Assembly (NCBI GenBank): GCA_021161055.1
Contig: JAGHBI010000092.1
Span: forward strand, 1-28,929
Origin: Candidatus Iainarchaeum sp.
GTDB taxonomy: Archaea; Iainarchaeota; Iainarchaeia; Iainarchaeales; DTGL01
DNA length: 28,929 bases
Direction: 5' to 3'
In this document: positions 25,217 to 28,929 of the stretch, one piece after another
Position numbering within the stretch: the stretch's first letter is position 1
How the letters are laid out: each line of letters starts with the position of its first letter
Made by a program: the position numbers and the translations under genes
Notes under the pieces: generated by a model
The model's database searches: none
The model's input: only the letters and a program-made list of their open reading frames with translations
What the model was told of the DNA's origin: nothing

Positions 25217-26173
25217 CTATTTCCCAAATATAAGCTGCAATTCTTCAAACCCTATCAAAGGTTTTTTCCAGTACGGAGCGTCATCCGCCAACCTGGGGCA
25301 CGCTATAGCAACAAAACAATCGAGATTGAAATCGAGTAATGCATGCTCTGTTATATCATCAGCTGCAATAAGCACAGCTTCTTTACCGTTAGCTTCGAGA
25401 ATCCTTTTAGCTTCGAGAGCAAGCTTCTCATTAAACTGCCCGGGCTTTACGCTCAGCACTATTCCAAACCTCTTAGCTTGCTTTGCCTTGAAGAGCGTTG
25501 CAATGCGCTTCTTCTCGATCTCTCTGAGCTTTTTTTTCTCGAGCCAGCGCACATGCTTTGCCAGAGGGTTCAGTATAAGCACACTCTTTTTTTCAGCTTT
25601 TGCAATGCCTATCGCATGAAAGACCCCATCACCAACAAAAACAATCGCTTCGGCTTTCGAGCGTGCAGCAGATGTTTCGCATCCAAGCACCTGCCCGGCA
25701 ATTCCATACTTGCTTTTTTTCAGAACTATTTTAATTCCATGCTTGGCCGCCTCTTTTGCAATCCACTTGAGCAATTCGATGTACTGTATTGTTGCCACAC
25801 CGCACGCCTTTCTAATTCCCTTACTTTTGAGCTCCTTTATTAAGAGCTTCAACAGCATCGCCTTTTCCTTTTTCGAAAATTCGTACTGTAGTGGAAAATA
25901 GCTGATGTTTTGCAATGCAAGCATCTTCGCATGCCCTATATGCAAAACCAAATCTGGTTTTAGAACCTTTATAGTGCCTATCGGAATATCGCATGCCCCA
26001 AAGCAGCTGTCTGCAGAGAGAAATATTTTCGCGTTAGTTTTTCTTTCAAGCTTTTGAACAATATCTGCGATTTTCCTCTTCAAACCGGCAGGTGCTTGAA
26101 TCAGAACCTTCTCCGCTTTTTTCTTTATTATTTCCTTTGCAAGCTTTCTCGAATCTATGGTAAGCCTTACCAT
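25217..26173 (-). CDS. dph2: Diphthamide biosynthesis enzyme Dph2
   Basis: Q.P.GLK, SCFGACD, H.GH, GQVLGC, G.FHA, K.GQ and ACPR: the three 4Fe-4S cysteines are present. ATG 26173 follows the ppsA stop. Confidence 0.93.
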   Translation of the reverse strand: MVRLTIDSRKLAKEIIKKKAEKVLIQAPAGLKRKIADIVQKLERKTNAKIFLSADSCFGACDIPIGTIKVLKPDLVLHIGHAKMLALQNISYFPLQYEFSKKEKAMLLKLLIKELKSKGIRKACGVATIQYIELLKWIAKEAAKHGIKIVLKKSKYGIAGQVLGCETSAARSKAEAIVFVGDGVFHAIGIAKAEKKSVLILNPLAKHVRWLEKKKLREIEKKRIATLFKAKQAKRFGIVLSVKPGQFNEKLALEAKRILEANGKEAVLIAADDITEHALLDFNLDCFVAIACPRLADDAPYWKKPLIGFEELQLIFGK

Positions 26174-26177
26174 ACAA

Positions 26178-28880
26178 TCAGCTTTCTTTACCTTTTTCAA
26201 TAAGGAGTTGCTTTAGGCTTTCAAGCAGAAGCTTCTTTTCCTCTCTCAGCACTATGCTCCTAACCTTCTCAACGCTATCTATGTTAGCGGATATCGAATC
26301 TATGCCATACCTTACAAGGGTTTTTACCATCTCCGGGTTGTTCGCTGCCTGGCCGCATATCGATGTTTGAACGCCAGCCTTTTTGCATGCATCTATAACC
26401 ATCTTTATCTGCTTGAGAACGGCAGGATGCATTTCGTTGAAATGCTTCTGTATGCGCTCATTGTTTCTATCTATCCCAAGGGTTAATTGCGTCAGGTCAT
26501 TTGTTCCAAACGAGATAAAGTCTATGCCTTCAGCGATTATATCCTCTATTGTGAGCGCAGCTCCAGGTACCTCTATCATCACACCGAATTCAAGCCTGCC
26601 TTTCTCCTGCCTTAAACCAACCTCTTCAGCAATCTTCTTTGCCTGCCTCACCTGCTCTGCTGAATGCACAAACGGGAACATTATACCAATGTTTTCATAG
26701 CCCTCTTCTAAAAGTTGCTTTATCGCTAAAAACTGTGCTTTAAGCAGTTCTGGCTGATCCAAGTCGCGCCTTATTCCATGCCAGCCAAGCATTGGATTCT
26801 CTTCGTGTGGTTCATACTTTCCGCCTTCAAGGTTTCTGTATTCGTCTGTGCGCGCATCAAACGTTCTATACCAAACTGGCTTGCCTTTGAACTCCTTCAG
26901 TACTTTTTCTATACCATCGTGCACTACCTTCACAAGCTTATCGAGCTCACCACGCCTTATATATTCTGCAGGGTGCACGTGGTTTGCTGTTATCATGTGT
27001 TCTGCTCTCAATAAGCCAACGCCATCAGCCTGTGTTTGCGCAGCCCTTTTTGCAGCCTCTGGCAGTGCAACATTCACCTTAACCTTGGCAGATATTTCTC
27101 TGAGCAGGTCGGTCAGCATTCCCAGCTCCTCTGCAAGCTCCTCTTTTGTGAGCTCTTCTGCCTTTTTATCACCAAATTTAGCCAGAATCTCCCTAGCTTC
27201 TTCCCTAAACTCCCTTATTTTGTGCCTTTCTTCGCGTCCCCTCTCAATAGCCTCCTTCATCTTTGCAATCTTTTCCTTCAGTTCTTTTGTCCTATGCCTT
27301 TCACCTTTAAGCTCCTTCAGAGTTTCTTTTTCTTCTTTTACCTGTTCAGCGATTCCATGAAGCCCTGGTTTTGGTCTCACATAAACCGCTTCTTTTTGCA
27401 GTACTTTGAACCGCTCTTTGGATTCACTCTCAAGCTCGAGTTTTATGGCTTCTTCGAGCAGATCAACCTCTTCAAGCTTTATTATCTTATCGTGCGTTTT
27501 TTCAGGCATCTTTACCTGAACAGCACCCTTGTAAACATACCCGTTATATCCGTCCACAGTTACGAGCATACCATCCTTAAGGGCTTTGGTAGCATTTTCA
27601 GTGCCCACTATGCATGGAATGCCAAGCTCCCTGCTCACTATTGCTGCATGGCATGTTGTGCCACCCTCATCCGTAACTATGGCTGCACACTTTTTCATAA
27701 TTGGAACCCAATCCGGATTTGTCATTTTGGTTACGAGAATTGTGCCCTCTTTCACCTTACCAATGTCCTTAATTGTTGGCACAACAGCAACCTTGCCCGT
27801 AACAATCCCTGGGCTTGCAGCTAGGCCATCAACAATAACCTCTTTTTTGAGTTTCTCTACCTCTGCTCTTCTCTGAGCTCCTTTTACAACTTTGTCCTTT
27901 AATGAAAGCGTCGTTATGGCTCTGCTCTGGAGTATTTTTATTGTATTATTTTCTATGGCCCACTCTATGTCTTGCGGTGCTTTGTAGTGATCCTCAATCT
28001 GTTTGCCGAGCTTCGCAAGCTCCAGTATCTTATCATCGCTTATCTTTTGCTTGGAACCCTTCGCCATTGTAAGTGTAAACTTCTTTGTTTTGCCAGCATC
28101 CCTCTTAAGCATCCATTCCTGATAGCGCACTTTTTTTTCAATAATCCTCATAGTTTTTTTATCAACAATATAGGTATCGGGCGTTATGCTGCCCGAAACT
28201 ATCGCTTCACCCAGACCAAAGCATGCTTCTATTATTATTTTGCTTGTATCGCCGGTTGGGTCTGCTGTGAACATCACACCGCTCTTCTCAGAATTCACCA
28301 TTTTTTGCACAATAACAGCAATACCAACCTTTTCCGTTGGAAATCCCTTCTTCCGCCTGTAAAATACAGCTCTTGCTGTGAAAAGTGATGCCCAGCAGTT
28401 TTTCACAGCCCTTATGAGTTCTTCCCTGCCGTGGACATTGAGGTAGGTTTCCTGCTGTCCTGCAAAGCTCGCTTCTGGCAGATCCTCCGCTGTAGCAGAG
28501 CTTCTAACAGCAACATACGCCTGTTCACTTGAAGTAAGCCAAGCTAGGCGATGCTCGCTAAGTTTGCTATACGCGGTTATAATTTCTCTTTTGAGTTCCT
28601 CATTCATAGGTGTCCTTCTTATGAGCCTGCGTACTTCTGCAGAAACCTTCCTCAATTCAGCAGTATCATCAACATTTAAGCTATCTATCTTCTCAATAAT
28701 CTTTTTCTTAATCCCTGTGCTTTCAATAAAATCAAAATATGCCTTTGATGTTACTATAAAGCCTGACGGCACTGGAAAGTTCGCATTCACGAGCTCGCCG
28801 AGGTTTGCACCCTTTCCTCCAACAAGGGCAACATCCTTTGCACGAACCTCGTGAAACCAAACAATGTTGCGCAATTGCAT
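26178..28880 (-). CDS. ppsA: Phosphoenolpyruvate synthase with a long coiled-coil linker insertion
   Basis: VGGKGANLGEL, AVRSSATAEDLP.ASFAGQQET, DIEWA, GG.TCHAAIVSRELG (phospho-His), GVGLLRAE, SFGTNDLTQ and SICGQ (catalytic Cys). Confidence 0.96.
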   Translation of the reverse strand: MQLRNIVWFHEVRAKDVALVGGKGANLGELVNANFPVPSGFIVTSKAYFDFIESTGIKKKIIEKIDSLNVDDTAELRKVSAEVRRLIRRTPMNEELKREIITAYSKLSEHRLAWLTSSEQAYVAVRSSATAEDLPEASFAGQQETYLNVHGREELIRAVKNCWASLFTARAVFYRRKKGFPTEKVGIAVIVQKMVNSEKSGVMFTADPTGDTSKIIIEACFGLGEAIVSGSITPDTYIVDKKTMRIIEKKVRYQEWMLKRDAGKTKKFTLTMAKGSKQKISDDKILELAKLGKQIEDHYKAPQDIEWAIENNTIKILQSRAITTLSLKDKVVKGAQRRAEVEKLKKEVIVDGLAASPGIVTGKVAVVPTIKDIGKVKEGTILVTKMTNPDWVPIMKKCAAIVTDEGGTTCHAAIVSRELGIPCIVGTENATKALKDGMLVTVDGYNGYVYKGAVQVKMPEKTHDKIIKLEEVDLLEEAIKLELESESKERFKVLQKEAVYVRPKPGLHGIAEQVKEEKETLKELKGERHRTKELKEKIAKMKEAIERGREERHKIREFREEAREILAKFGDKKAEELTKEELAEELGMLTDLLREISAKVKVNVALPEAAKRAAQTQADGVGLLRAEHMITANHVHPAEYIRRGELDKLVKVVHDGIEKVLKEFKGKPVWYRTFDARTDEYRNLEGGKYEPHEENPMLGWHGIRRDLDQPELLKAQFLAIKQLLEEGYENIGIMFPFVHSAEQVRQAKKIAEEVGLRQEKGRLEFGVMIEVPGAALTIEDIIAEGIDFISFGTNDLTQLTLGIDRNNERIQKHFNEMHPAVLKQIKMVIDACKKAGVQTSICGQAANNPEMVKTLVRYGIDSISANIDSVEKVRSIVLREEKKLLLESLKQLLIEKGKES

Positions 28881-28929
28881 CACCTTATAAAAGAAATCTT
28901 AAGCTATTTATTAAACTAACGTTCTATCG

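Noticed and set aside
27093-27524. PpsA insertion as an intein
   Set aside because: No N-terminal Cys/Ser splice block, no His-Asn terminus followed by C/S/T, and no LAGLIDADG motifs; composition is that of a coiled coil.
27036-27824. Long antisense ORFs (e.g. 27036-27824, 13813-14400, 4605-5171, 26848-27360, 25343-25843)
   Set aside because: They lie opposite well-supported genes, have implausible F/L/S/C-rich composition and lack SD or motifs; they are shadow ORFs.
1-28929. tRNA, rRNA, CRISPR array, IS element or replication origin
   Set aside because: Intergenic gaps are all under about 200 bp and show no T-loop GTTCRA cloverleaf, periodic direct repeats, terminal inverted repeats with a transposase, or ORB motifs beside a cdc6 gene.

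Overview
Gene-dense, syntenic archaeal housekeeping region with about 31 CDS. I found no tRNA/rRNA gene, CRISPR array, transposase or integrase. Most genes have GGTG-type Shine-Dalgarno motifs and TTTAAA/TATA-type promoters. The separate full-length PriL and PriS, the S-layer protein type and the gene set are consistent with a DPANN archaeon of the Iainarchaeota (Diapherotrites)/Micrarchaeota kind; this is inference. In order: SPFH protein, SpoIIM/DUF95 membrane protein, csl4-rpoL-DUF99, DUF2283, signal peptidase I, then a replication/translation supercluster (RPA small subunit, PCNA-1, inverted EamA, PCNA-2, PriL, PriS, GINS, S27e, aIF2-alpha, PAC2). After that come EndoQ, an AmmeMemoRadiSam radical SAM enzyme, a small membrane protein, a wHTH-fusion protein, a ~970-aa S-layer protein with a structured promoter/leader, a flippase-like protein and an AglH/MraY-family enzyme, truD, aRF1, pyrH, an unknown two-repeat basic protein, dph2 and ppsA. 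Most notable: (1) two divergent PCNA paralogues in one replication cluster, the second with a remodelled PIP-binding surface; (2) a PriS with substitutions at several canonical catalytic positions; (3) an unannotated protein built from two ~100-aa repeats; (4) competing inverted repeats across the S-layer promoter and leader, next to a wHTH protein; (5) a ~115-aa coiled-coil insertion in PEP synthase. All family assignments come from motif recognition by eye; no database searches were run. Start codons were adjusted from the ORF track using SD position and homology.
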